From Thermodesulfobacteriaceae bacterium (GTDB lineage Bacteria > Desulfobacterota > Thermodesulfobacteria > Thermodesulfobacteriales > Thermodesulfobacteriaceae), in contig JANXAD010000003.1 of the NCBI GenBank assembly GCA_025062245.1, positions 16,476 to 80,475 on the forward strand: a stretch of DNA of 64,000 nt. The letters run 5' to 3'. The notes under the pieces are model-generated. The model saw only the letters and a list, made by a program, of their open reading frames with translations. It searched no databases and was not told where the DNA came from. A program made the position numbers and the translations under genes. Below, piece by piece: positions 47,547 through 57,373 of this stretch (positions are counted from its first letter, which is position 1; the number at the start of each line of letters is the position of its first letter).

Positions 47547-50039
47547 ATGAAGTTTTTAGCTAAACTTTTAGAGAGTTTATCTGGTAAAAAAGATAAAAAT
47601 AATTTTAAAAATCTTTTAAAACTCAAATATGTCCACTTTCAGCAAATTTTAAACGAAAATAATCAAATTCTTAAAATCATAGCAGAACTGGAAGACAAAA
47701 AAGCCACAGGTAAACCTTTTGATAGAAGCTATTTAATGGAAAAATTAAATCAAATTTTTAATAGGTTAGAGAAACTTATTTTCCATCTTAATGAGCTCTC
47801 CCAAAAAAGATATTTAAAACTTAATTCTATTTATCAAGAAATTAAAAACCAACTTGAGAATTATCTTTATCCTAAGTTAGAAATTTCTCTAACAGAATTA
47901 ACCTATCCTCTTGATTTGGTAACCCGGAAAAATATTAATTGTTCTGGAAGAAAGATGGCTAATTTAGGAGAACTTAAGAATGTCCTTCAACTGAAAACTC
48001 CTGAAGGTTTCGTTATAACCTCCTATGCCTTTTTATCCTTTCTTAAATACAATCAACTTGAAGAAAAAATCACCCAATTTATTTCTCAACTTTATAGAAT
48101 AGACACTCTAAAGGAATTAGAAACCTTAAGTCAAAAACTTCAACAATTAATCTTGGAAGCTAAAATTCCTGAGGATTTAGAAAGAGAAATTCTTAAAGCT
48201 TACGAAACTCTGATTCAAAAGGTAGGTTATAAATGTAAGTTAGCCATAAGAAGTAGTGCTATTTTAGAAGATACAGAATTTACTTTTGGAGGTCAATTTA
48301 GTTCCTTTTTAAATGTTTCTGAAGAAGAAATTTTAGAAAAGTATAAAAAAGTATTGGCCAGCTTGTTTAATCCTCAAGCCCTTTTTGCTTATAAAACTAA
48401 GGGTCTTCCTCAGCACTCTTTGGCTATGGCTGTAGGTGTATTATCCATGGTTAAGGCTAAAGCAAGTGGCGTTATCTACACCCTTGACCCTAATGATCCT
48501 ACCTCAGATTATATGTTAATTTCTGCAGTAAAGGGATTAGGAAGTGACTTGGTCTCAGGTCTTGTATGTTCAGAAAATTACTTAGTTAAAAAGGATTCTT
48601 TAAAAATTTTAAAAATGAAAACCGAAAACCTTACAAAATCTATCCTTTCAGAGAAAGAAATTTTAGAATTAGCTCAAAAAGCTCTTCTTATCGAAAAACA
48701 TTATCAAAGTCCCAGAGATATTGAGTGGAGTATCGATGAAAATGGAGAGATAGTTTTTTTACAAACCAGACTTTTAAAAATGAGACAGGACTTAGAATGG
48801 GAAAAACTTTTAGCTTATAGGGTTGAAGGATATAAAATTCTACTTGAAGAAGGAACTATAGCCTCTAAAGGTATAGGGTATGGAAGGGTTTTTATCTTAA
48901 ATGAGAATAAAAGTCTTTCAGAATTTCAAAAAGGGGATATTTTAGTTTCTCGTCACACCAGACCTCAATATGCTGTAATTATGGATAAAGCCTCTGCAGC
49001 GGTGACTGATATAGGAAGTGCTACAGGACACATGGCTTCTATTGCCAGAGAGTATCAAGTTCCAATGATAGTAAATACTAAATTAGCTACAAAAATTTTA
49101 AAAGATGGACAAGAAATAACAGTTGATGCTATAAATGGTATAATTTATGAAGGAAAAGTAGTTGAACTTTTAGAAAAATATTATAAATTGAAAGAAACAG
49201 TTTTTAAAAAGACCAGCCTTTACCAAACTTTAAATGAAATTTTAAAGTATATTACTCCTTTAAATATAACTCTCCCCTCTCATTCTGACTTCAAGTTAGA
49301 AAATTGTAAAACTGTTCACGACATTACTCGTTTTGCTCACGAAATGGCTATGAACGAACTGTTTAATTTGGGAAAGGAATATAATACTCAAGACCTTGAA
49401 CCTGCTATTTTTAAAGATAAAATTCCCTTGGAAATTTTAGTATTAGATATAGAGGGAGGACTTAAAGAGCATAATAAAAAAATTATCCTTTTAGAGGATA
49501 TTCAATCTAATCCTTTTTTATCTATTTTAAAAGGAATGCTAACCATTAAATGGCCTGAAGCTCCTCCTGTGGACTTGGAAGGTTTTTTAGGATTAATATT
49601 TACTACTGCCTTAACTCCAGAAAAAGAACTTTTGGAAGCAGGAAAGAGAAGTTTTTGTATTATCGCTAAGAATTATGTAAATTTTAATATTCGTATGGGC
49701 TATCATTTCTCTACTATAGAGGCTTATATCGGAGAAGATATTAATGATAATTACATAAAATTTTTCTTCAAGGGAGGAGGAGCAGACACCTCAAGAAGAC
49801 AAAGAAGGCTTCTACTTCTTGAACAAATACTTAAAAGACTTGGATTTTGTGTAAAATTAGAAGAAGATGTACTTGAAGCTAGGTTAACTAAATATGAAGA
49901 GGAACATATCCTTAAAATTTTAGAAAATTTAGGTAAACTTGTGGTTTATACCAAACAGCTTGATGTAGCCCTTTATAACGACAGTATTACCCAAAAGTAT
50001 ATTGACGAATTTATTCAAAGCCATCTATCTGAAATATAA
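47547..50039 (+). CDS. PEP-synthase/dikinase-like protein (ATP-grasp + phospho-His swivel + non-PpsA C-terminal domain)
   Basis: GRKMANLGEL, AIRSSA..ED..FGGQF, SPRDIEW..FLQTR, GSATGHMASIARE; lacks the PpsA C-terminal FSIGSNDLTQ motif. Confidence 0.78.
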   Translation: MKFLAKLLESLSGKKDKNNFKNLLKLKYVHFQQILNENNQILKIIAELEDKKATGKPFDRSYLMEKLNQIFNRLEKLIFHLNELSQKRYLKLNSIYQEIKNQLENYLYPKLEISLTELTYPLDLVTRKNINCSGRKMANLGELKNVLQLKTPEGFVITSYAFLSFLKYNQLEEKITQFISQLYRIDTLKELETLSQKLQQLILEAKIPEDLEREILKAYETLIQKVGYKCKLAIRSSAILEDTEFTFGGQFSSFLNVSEEEILEKYKKVLASLFNPQALFAYKTKGLPQHSLAMAVGVLSMVKAKASGVIYTLDPNDPTSDYMLISAVKGLGSDLVSGLVCSENYLVKKDSLKILKMKTENLTKSILSEKEILELAQKALLIEKHYQSPRDIEWSIDENGEIVFLQTRLLKMRQDLEWEKLLAYRVEGYKILLEEGTIASKGIGYGRVFILNENKSLSEFQKGDILVSRHTRPQYAVIMDKASAAVTDIGSATGHMASIAREYQVPMIVNTKLATKILKDGQEITVDAINGIIYEGKVVELLEKYYKLKETVFKKTSLYQTLNEILKYITPLNITLPSHSDFKLENCKTVHDITRFAHEMAMNELFNLGKEYNTQDLEPAIFKDKIPLEILVLDIEGGLKEHNKKIILLEDIQSNPFLSILKGMLTIKWPEAPPVDLEGFLGLIFTTALTPEKELLEAGKRSFCIIAKNYVNFNIRMGYHFSTIEAYIGEDINDNYIKFFFKGGGADTSRRQRRLLLLEQILKRLGFCVKLEEDVLEARLTKYEEEHILKILENLGKLVVYTKQLDVALYNDSITQKYIDEFIQSHLSEI

Positions 50040-50045
50040 AATTAG

Positions 50046-50894
50046 ATGCTCCTTTTTTATCGAAGAGGTGGTTTAGGAGACACTCTTCTTACTTTTCCTA
50101 CGCTTGAAATTCTTAAAAAGAGGGGAAATTACATAGTAGCTATAGGGAATACTGAGTATTTCAAAATAGCTAAAGAAATAGGTTGGGTAGATGAAATTTA
50201 TTCAGAACTTTATTCCTTTCTTTTTAGTAGAAATTTTAAACAAAAAATTATTTTCTCCTTTAAAGAGGGTTATCCTCCCTTTCCTTCTGAGAGACAATGG
50301 ATGGTGGAATACTATTTGGAGATTTTAAAATTAAAGGGAGAATCCTTCTCTTTAGAACTTCCTTTACAAGGATTAAAAGAAAGTATTTTACAAGATAAAA
50401 TCGTCCTTCATCCTTCAAGTGGTTCTCCTAAGAAAAATCCTCCTTTGGAACTATTTCTAAAAATTGAAGAATTTTTAAAGGACCTTGGATTAGAAACGAT
50501 TTATTTAGTAGGAGAGGCAGATGGTTGGCTTAAAAAAACAGTAAAAAACTATTGGGAATCTTTAGATCCCTTGGAAATAGCCTATCATCTTAAAAAAGCT
50601 AAAGCTTTTATCGGATTAGATAGTGGAATCTCTCACCTATCTTGTTACTTAGGCCTTCCTTCTTTCATTTTTTTTGGACCTACAGATCCTATAGTTTGGA
50701 AACCTATAGGTAGGAACTATCAAATTATAACTTTAAATTTTTTCTGTAGTCCCTGTTTTCCTAAGATATGTTTAGAAAAACCCTGTTTAGATTCTGAAGC
50801 TTTGTTTAAGGCTTTTTTAAAAAAGTGGGGGGATTTAGATCCCCCCAAAAAATCTTTACCACCAAGAAATAGTTTTATCTGCTTCCCAAATTAG
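50046..50894 (+). CDS. Glycosyltransferase family 9 (heptosyltransferase-like)
   Basis: RRGGLGDTLLTFP, VLHPSSGS..K, FIGLDSGISHL..LG.P..FFGPTDP..W.P. Confidence 0.85.
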   Translation: MLLFYRRGGLGDTLLTFPTLEILKKRGNYIVAIGNTEYFKIAKEIGWVDEIYSELYSFLFSRNFKQKIIFSFKEGYPPFPSERQWMVEYYLEILKLKGESFSLELPLQGLKESILQDKIVLHPSSGSPKKNPPLELFLKIEEFLKDLGLETIYLVGEADGWLKKTVKNYWESLDPLEIAYHLKKAKAFIGLDSGISHLSCYLGLPSFIFFGPTDPIVWKPIGRNYQIITLNFFCSPCFPKICLEKPCLDSEALFKAFLKKWGDLDPPKKSLPPRNSFICFPN

Positions 50895-51047
50895 ATCTAT
50901 CAGTCTATCGTAATCATTATCACTTTGAGCTAAAAATAAGTCAAATTCAATTATTTCATCTCCTTTTTCTTTAAGAAGTTCTATAATTTTTTTAACTTCA
51001 GAACTTTCTTTAACAGCTTTATGTCTGTAAACGCAAAGAATTTTCAT
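50856..51047 (-). CDS. Small conserved hypothetical protein, last gene of the yeeE-tusA-dsrE cluster (DsrH-like size)
   Basis: YDRLIDLIWEADKTISWW C-terminus; operon position. Confidence 0.6.
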   Translation of the reverse strand: MKILCVYRHKAVKESSEVKKIIELLKEKGDEIIEFDLFLAQSDNDYDRLIDLIWEADKTISWW

Positions 51048-51069
51048 AAGAAACCTCCTTTTTCTTTAT

Positions 51070-51426
51070 TTAAGCACACTGGTCTGGAATTTGAACGGTT
51101 TGAGGTGGAAGTCCGTATCCCACTACAAAGTCAGATTCCCTAATTCTTTCTACCACCTCTTCTAAGGTTGCTTCAACAAGTCCCCATTCCTCTAAATTAA
51201 AATTCTTAGCTTCTTCATCCATCGTTTCAGTAACAGCATAAACTTCTCCTTCTAAGTCGCGAATCCAATATAAGTTATCCTCTAAATAGGAAGTTTTAGT
51301 AGGCATTTTCTGATAAAAAATATAGGTATAGGTATACATATTCTCTACACTTAGCCCTAAAGCAGAACGTATTCCATCTGAAATATAAATTTTATTTCCA
51401 ATAAGAAAACAAATCTTATAACTCAT
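51070..51426 (-). CDS. Conserved hypothetical protein, DsrE/F-like fold candidate
   Basis: KICFLI..DGIRSALGLSVEN pattern; operon position. Confidence 0.6.
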   Translation of the reverse strand: MSYKICFLIGNKIYISDGIRSALGLSVENMYTYTYIFYQKMPTKTSYLEDNLYWIRDLEGEVYAVTETMDEEAKNFNLEEWGLVEATLEEVVERIRESDFVVGYGLPPQTVQIPDQCA

Positions 51427-51448
51427 CTTACGGCCTCCTTTTTAAAAT

Positions 51449-51781
51449 TTATAGAACTAAATATTTTCCGCATTCTTCAATAATTTCTCCATGAAAAGCT
51501 TGAGTTCTTAATTGCTTAGAAGTTAAATTCGCAGGATTGTCATGTTCGGGATCATGTCCTTCACAAATATAGGTTGCCAAACAAATAGCTAAATCCTCTT
51601 CCGGAACCATTTCTTTTAGCTTTATAAAGTCAGAATGTAAAGTTAGATGAACAGCTTTATAGGTAAGAAAGATTTTTACTTTTTTGCCCTTTCTGTAGGC
51701 TGCTTCTACTATATTTAATAACTGTTTCATATGCACCGGAGTGGTAACAAAAATACCAAGTTTATCAGGGTCCTTAGCCAT
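51449..51781 (-). CDS. DsrE-related sulfur relay protein
   Basis: KLGIFVT..A.RKGKKVKIFLT..AV..AIC..C; follows tusA. Confidence 0.7.
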   Translation of the reverse strand: MAKDPDKLGIFVTTPVHMKQLLNIVEAAYRKGKKVKIFLTYKAVHLTLHSDFIKLKEMVPEEDLAICLATYICEGHDPEHDNPANLTSKQLRTQAFHGEIIEECGKYLVL

Positions 51782-51809
51782 ACCTAAACCTCCTCTATAA
51801 ATCCAATTT

Positions 51810-52046
51810 TTATTTTTTCTTAATAAAGTATTTATTGTAACCAGCTTCTTCTATTATAGCCAAAAGCTCATGTCCTTCCTTTTTACACCACTCAGTAACT
51901 TCATTTTTAGTTCCAGGGTCTGTTCCCCATACTTCTAAAATCTGTCCAGATTTTAAATCTTTAATAGCCTTTTTGATTTTTAACATAGGCATAGGACAAG
52001 ATAAACCTTTACAATCCAAAAGTTGATCTGCTTTAATTTCCGCCAT
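51810..52046 (-). CDS. tusA: Sulfurtransferase TusA family
   Basis: LDCKGLSCPMP (CPxP), L.SGQILEV..TDPG. Confidence 0.93.
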   Translation of the reverse strand: MAEIKADQLLDCKGLSCPMPMLKIKKAIKDLKSGQILEVWGTDPGTKNEVTEWCKKEGHELLAIIEEAGYNKYFIKKK

Positions 52047-52081
52047 CTTTACCCTCCTTTTAGTGTTTTATAGTGTTCTAT

Positions 52082-53251
52082 TTAAATTCCTATAACAAAT
52101 TTCTCACTCTTTTCATTCCAATCCACCAAAAGATACCATATTAATATAATTAAGGCAATAATAATAAAACTTATTCCATATCCGAAATAATGAGGCAAAA
52201 AGACTGCTTTTCCGAGATAACCCTTATCCCACACTTCCCAAACATTATCTAAATAGTGTCTAAAAATAGCATTACTAATAGAGAAGAAAATAACCACTAT
52301 CCAAAGTTTAAGTTGTCCCTCCGCAACTCTCCAAAGAGCCCCTGAACCACAACCACCTGCCACTACCATGGCAGCTCCAAAAATAATTCCACCTAAGAAA
52401 GCAGCCAGTCCAAAGGTAGGAGTTACATATAACATCTCTTCTTTAATTTCAGCCATTTTTAAAATGGTAACCCCTAAGGTAAGTAAAATAAGACTTAAGG
52501 CTACTCCACGGGCCATACGAGCATCCCCAGAAAGAAAAGGCTCTCTAAAACTATTTACTATACAAAGTCTACTTCTATGTATAGCATATCCAATGCCTGC
52601 TGTAAGAATAAAACATCCTCCTAAAACTGCTCCATCTTCATGCTCACTCCTAAAATATCCATAGGTTCCTAAAATCAAAATAATTATACCTATAATCCCT
52701 AAAATGGGATTTAATTTTCCAAAACTTATTTCCCTTCCCCCAGAGGAAGAAAGATGTTCAATTTCCCAAAGAAGATATTTAACTCCTATAAAAACTCCTA
52801 TAAATAAACCTATCATCATGATAATTCCACTTCCTGAGAGATTTCCTAAGGACATATACCAAGCACCAATATTACATCCTTGGGCAAGTCCTGCTCCTAT
52901 ACCCATCAAAATCCCAGCAATAATTCCTTTAATAATCTCTAAAAGTGGAGGAATTCTCAATCCAAATTCAAAAGCTAAAGTCGCTGAAATAAAAGCTCCC
53001 AAGACCAAACCTAAGTTCAAAACCGAAGATGAAAACCAAATAGGATGGGGAGGTCTATCTTCTATAACCCCTATAGCATACCAAAACCACTCTCCCCAAT
53101 TTCTTATGCCTCCTACAATTCCCCAAGGTCTATACCAAGCCTCCAAAAGAACTGCTAAAAAAGCAATAATAATTCCACCTACTACAGGACTCCAATTAGA
53201 CTTCATAGCTTGTTGATAAAAATCTTTCAAAGTTTCGAAAAAAGTACTCAT
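52082..53251 (-). CDS. YeeE/YedE family sulfur (thiosulfate) transporter, two-repeat form
   Basis: GILMGIGAGLAQGCNIG, RSRLCIV..FR, GGIIFGAAMVVAGGCGSG (three conserved Cys). Confidence 0.92.
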   Translation of the reverse strand: MSTFFETLKDFYQQAMKSNWSPVVGGIIIAFLAVLLEAWYRPWGIVGGIRNWGEWFWYAIGVIEDRPPHPIWFSSSVLNLGLVLGAFISATLAFEFGLRIPPLLEIIKGIIAGILMGIGAGLAQGCNIGAWYMSLGNLSGSGIIMMIGLFIGVFIGVKYLLWEIEHLSSSGGREISFGKLNPILGIIGIIILILGTYGYFRSEHEDGAVLGGCFILTAGIGYAIHRSRLCIVNSFREPFLSGDARMARGVALSLILLTLGVTILKMAEIKEEMLYVTPTFGLAAFLGGIIFGAAMVVAGGCGSGALWRVAEGQLKLWIVVIFFSISNAIFRHYLDNVWEVWDKGYLGKAVFLPHYFGYGISFIIIALIILIWYLLVDWNEKSEKFVIGI

Positions 53252-53339
53252 TCTACACCCCCCTTAAAATTTAAAAAAATTTTTTTATTAATTAAAAAAC
53301 TTCTTTTATTTTGTCAAGCCCAAAATTGGTTTGTTTATC

Positions 53340-55649
53340 TTAATTTTTAAAAAAGTTAAAAAATTTCCCATAAAATTTTATAATTTTTTCTTTTTCTTCA
53401 TTTTTTAAGGTATTTAACCACTCTTCAGTTTTTCCTTGAAACTTAATCTTTCCTTCCTTAATTTCTACTATCCATGGGCTCAAAAAAATACTAAAAGGAT
53501 TAGTTTCTAAAATAACCACGGTTATCTCCCTTTTTAGAAAACCTTCTAACCATTTTATAAAATCTTCTATATCTCTCAGATGTAGTCCTTGTAAAGGAAA
53601 GGAAAGAAAGAGATAATCTATTTGGTCTTTTTTAGACAATTTTCTAACTATAGAAAGCCTTGAAAACTCTCCCCCTGAAAGACTTTCTATTTCCTGCCCC
53701 AATTTTAAATAAGATAAACCCAGGTCCTTCATTAATTCTAACTTCTTCTTAACCTTAAAAAGGGATTTAAAAATTTCTAAAGCCTCCTTCACAGAAAACT
53801 CAAAAAGTTCAGCTATTTTGAACCCTTTATATTCTAAATTTAAAACCTCAGAAATTAATCTTTTTCCCAAACACTCCTCACAAACTACTTTTAAATAGAA
53901 ATTTTCTTCCTCCCAAATTTTCTTTCCCTTTCCCTTACAATTTGGACAGATCCCTTCCTTAGTAAAGAAACTAAAATGAGACTTAGTTAACCCTTTTATT
54001 TTAGCAGAAGGGAGTTGAATGAAAATCTCTCTTAAATCTTGCCATATTCCTGTATAGGTTATCACCAAATCTCCCCTTCCTTTAGAAGTTAGTTCCTCCT
54101 CAACTTCTATCAAATTTGCCCCTTCCTTTTTAAGGATTTCTATTAAATTTTTAAACACCTTAGTTTTACCACTTCCTGTTTTTCCATAAATTAAATTAAT
54201 TCCCCCTCTTATTAACTCTAATTCTTGTTCTTCCCATTTAAGAGAAACCTTATCCCATCTATCAGATTTTAAAAAAACCTCTATTTTTCTTTCCCCTTTC
54301 AAATAACTACCGGTAAGAGTTGAGGGTTCTTTTAAAAAATCTAAAAAATTACCTGTTTTAATTAAATACCCCCCTTTATCTCCTCCCTCTGGGCCAAGTT
54401 CAATTATGAAATCTGCTTGAGAAATAAAAAGTGGATCATGTTCCACTAAGAGGACTGAATTCTTTTTAGCTATTATTTTTCGAATAAATTTTATAACCCT
54501 TTCTCTTCTCTTTAAGTCTAAACCTAAGGAAGGTTCATCTAAAATATATAGGCAATGATTTAAATCTAAGCTAAAAATAAGAAGAAGTTCTAAGAGTTTT
54601 CTTTCTCCCACAGAAAGTTCAAAAACAGGTTGAAAAACTTTCAAATTTTCTAAACCCAGTTCCCAAACCACTTGAAATTTTTCTAAAATTTTCTCTTTTA
54701 AAGTTTTTTCCAAGGGAATTTCCTTCAAAAAATCATTAAATTCCTTTAGAGTGAAAGTTAAAATTTTTTCAAGTTTTAACTCCCAAAGTTTACTTTCAAG
54801 AACTAAAGGATGTAGTTTTAGTCCCCTACAGGAAGAACAAGCTATCTTTTCTTTATAACCTAATCCTTTACAATTTGGACAGTTAAGCCAGTAAGTAATA
54901 AGTTCGGCTCCGCAATAGCTACAATTCGACTTAAAATTAAAAAAGTAAGAATCTCCATTTAAAACTTTTAAAACCACCTTTCCTTTATTTAAGTAAATAC
55001 TTTGTCTTACATCTTCTAAAAGTCTTTCATAGCCTTTTTCCTCTTTAACTAAACGGTCTAAAAGAAGATAGACTTCCTCCAATTTAGAGGGGATGGGGTC
55101 TTCTGACAGATCAACTTCTTTATCGTTTATAATAAACTTAGTCCATCCTTGAGAAACCAAATACTCTAAGCCTTTAGAGGAAGAAAGGCTAAGAGGTAAA
55201 AGAAAGTAAAATTTGCTTCCTTCTTTTAAGTTGCTATACCAATTAAAAAGTTGATTTAAGGAGGAGATCTTAGAAAATTTGCCACACCGAGAACATTTAA
55301 ATTCTCCTTCCTCAGCAAAAAAGAAAGCTAAAAAGGAGTCCAAGAGTAAAAATTCTCCCACAGTTTTGTAGGGAAACCAATTTTTAACTCCTTGGGAAAG
55401 AGCTACTACCGGTGGAAAAGGAGAAACTACTTGAACTTTACTATCAAAGATTTCTAAGTTAGTTCCCTTTTCATAATAAAGCACCTGAAAGAGTCTTTTT
55501 TTTCCTTCCTCTGCCAGAGTATCAAAAGCTAAGGAACTTTTTCCAGCTCCAGAAGGACCAGTAATTAAAACTAATTTATAGAGAGGAATCTTTAGGTCAA
55601 AATCTTTAAGATTATGGGTTCTTAATCTCCTTAATTCTAAAAATTCCAA
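53340..55649 (-). CDS. Divergent, shortened UvrA-like ABC protein
   Basis: THNLKD.DL.IP, GPSGAGKSSLAFDTL.EEG, Cys-pair zinc motifs, LDEPSLGL, HFSF..GICPNCKG.G, YLKLGQ..LSGGE. Confidence 0.78.
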   Translation of the reverse strand: MEFLELRRLRTHNLKDFDLKIPLYKLVLITGPSGAGKSSLAFDTLAEEGKKRLFQVLYYEKGTNLEIFDSKVQVVSPFPPVVALSQGVKNWFPYKTVGEFLLLDSFLAFFFAEEGEFKCSRCGKFSKISSLNQLFNWYSNLKEGSKFYFLLPLSLSSSKGLEYLVSQGWTKFIINDKEVDLSEDPIPSKLEEVYLLLDRLVKEEKGYERLLEDVRQSIYLNKGKVVLKVLNGDSYFFNFKSNCSYCGAELITYWLNCPNCKGLGYKEKIACSSCRGLKLHPLVLESKLWELKLEKILTFTLKEFNDFLKEIPLEKTLKEKILEKFQVVWELGLENLKVFQPVFELSVGERKLLELLLIFSLDLNHCLYILDEPSLGLDLKRRERVIKFIRKIIAKKNSVLLVEHDPLFISQADFIIELGPEGGDKGGYLIKTGNFLDFLKEPSTLTGSYLKGERKIEVFLKSDRWDKVSLKWEEQELELIRGGINLIYGKTGSGKTKVFKNLIEILKKEGANLIEVEEELTSKGRGDLVITYTGIWQDLREIFIQLPSAKIKGLTKSHFSFFTKEGICPNCKGKGKKIWEEENFYLKVVCEECLGKRLISEVLNLEYKGFKIAELFEFSVKEALEIFKSLFKVKKKLELMKDLGLSYLKLGQEIESLSGGEFSRLSIVRKLSKKDQIDYLFLSFPLQGLHLRDIEDFIKWLEGFLKREITVVILETNPFSIFLSPWIVEIKEGKIKFQGKTEEWLNTLKNEEKEKIIKFYGKFFNFFKN

Positions 55650-55651
55650 TT

Positions 55652-57373
55652 TTACCTATTTCTGAGTTTTTTTAACCAGTTTAAAAATTCTTCGTAAGTC
55701 AGCGTATTTAAAAGATCCTTTTTTTCACACCAAGCTCTTCTAGCTACTGCAACTCCCAGAGGAAGATATTCCATTTGATCTATAAAGTGGGCATCCGTTC
55801 CTATTAGGAGGGGGATTCCCTGTTCTTTGGCTGCTCTCGTATTAATATCGTTTAAATCTAATCTTTTATAATAGGCATTAATTTCTAAAGCCTTACTATA
55901 TTGAGAAGCTACCTCTAAAACCTCTTGTAAATTTAAAGCATAGGGTTCCCTTTCTCCTATTACTCTACCTGTAGGGTGAGAGAGGGCATGAACTAAAGGA
56001 TGTTTTAAGGCAGAAATAATCCGATAGGTAATCTGTTTTTCATCCTGTTGAAACCCGGTGTGAATGGCAGCAATTACCAAATCTATTTCCTTTAAAACTT
56101 CATCAGGATAATCTAAGGTTCCATCAGAAAGGATATCAACTTCTGTTCCAAAAATAAGTTTTACTTTAGAAGAACGTTTATTTAATTCTTCTATTTGCCT
56201 TTTCTTTTTAAAAAGTTCCTCTATAGGAACTCCTCCTGCTACTTTTAACCCTTGAGAATGGTCACAAACTGCTACCCAAGAAAGACCCATCTTTTCTGCT
56301 TTAAGCAGAATTTCCTCTAAACTTGCAGTTCCATCACTATATTTAGAGTGGACATGTCCATCTCCTTTGATATCTTCATAACTCACTAATTCAGGAAGTT
56401 TTCCCTGTAAAGCAGCCTCTATCTCTCCCCAATCTTCCCTTATTTCTGGTGGAATAAAGGGAAGCCCTATGGAGGCATACACTTCTTCTTCAGTTTTTCC
56501 AGCTATCTTAGTTTCTCCTCTAAAAACTCCGTACTCATTAATTTTTAATCCCCTTTCTAAAGCTAATTCTCTAACTCTTATATTATGAGCCTTTGACCCG
56601 GTAAAATAAGCTAAGGCAGCTCCCCAAGAATCTGACTCAACCACTCTTACATCCATTTGAATACCCGTTTTCAATCTCACACTGGTTTTTGTCTCTCCAA
56701 GGGCTATAACCTCTTCAACCCAAGGAAGTTCGGTAATTTTTTTCATTACCTCTTCAGGATTTGAAGAGGTTATCAAAAGGTCTATATCCTTTACGGTTTC
56801 CTTTCTTCTTCTTATACTTCCTGCTACAGCAATTTTTTCTACTACTCCTTCCTTTTTAAGCACTCTTATTATCTCTTCTGCTAAAGGTAAAACCTCTCCC
56901 AAGGGTCTTCTGCCTAATTTCTCTTTAAAAAGTTTTATACCCTTAATAATATTTTCCTCAGTTTTCCATCCAAATCCAGGAAGTTTAGCTACTTTGTGTT
57001 CCAGACAAGCTTTCTCAAGTTCCTCTAAAGAAGTAATTCCCAGTTTTTCATAAAGAACTTTAACTTTTTTAGGTCCTAAGCTGGGAATCTCCAAAAAGGT
57101 AAGTAACACTGGAGGTATTTCTTTTTTAAGTTCTTCGTAAAGAGATAAAGTTCCTGTTTTAAGAATTTCTTGAATTTTTCCTGCCAAGTCTTTACCTATG
57201 CCTGGTAATTTTTCTATTTGTCCCTTTTTAGCTAATTCTTCAATATCCTTGGTTAGGGCTTCTATGGTTTGGGCAGCCTTTTGATAGGCTCTAATCCTGT
57301 AAGGATTTTCTCCCTTAATTTCTAACAAAGAAGCTACTTTGTAAAAAACTTCTGCTACTTCTTTGTTTTTCAT
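55652..57373 (-). CDS. polX: DNA polymerase/3'-5' exonuclease PolX (PolX + PHP)
   Basis: GENPYRIRAY, AGSIRRRKETVKDID, QMDVRV, YFTGSKAHN, HVHS.YSDG, DHS, GTDAH. Confidence 0.95.
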   Translation of the reverse strand: MKNKEVAEVFYKVASLLEIKGENPYRIRAYQKAAQTIEALTKDIEELAKKGQIEKLPGIGKDLAGKIQEILKTGTLSLYEELKKEIPPVLLTFLEIPSLGPKKVKVLYEKLGITSLEELEKACLEHKVAKLPGFGWKTEENIIKGIKLFKEKLGRRPLGEVLPLAEEIIRVLKKEGVVEKIAVAGSIRRRKETVKDIDLLITSSNPEEVMKKITELPWVEEVIALGETKTSVRLKTGIQMDVRVVESDSWGAALAYFTGSKAHNIRVRELALERGLKINEYGVFRGETKIAGKTEEEVYASIGLPFIPPEIREDWGEIEAALQGKLPELVSYEDIKGDGHVHSKYSDGTASLEEILLKAEKMGLSWVAVCDHSQGLKVAGGVPIEELFKKKRQIEELNKRSSKVKLIFGTEVDILSDGTLDYPDEVLKEIDLVIAAIHTGFQQDEKQITYRIISALKHPLVHALSHPTGRVIGEREPYALNLQEVLEVASQYSKALEINAYYKRLDLNDINTRAAKEQGIPLLIGTDAHFIDQMEYLPLGVAVARRAWCEKKDLLNTLTYEEFLNWLKKLRNR

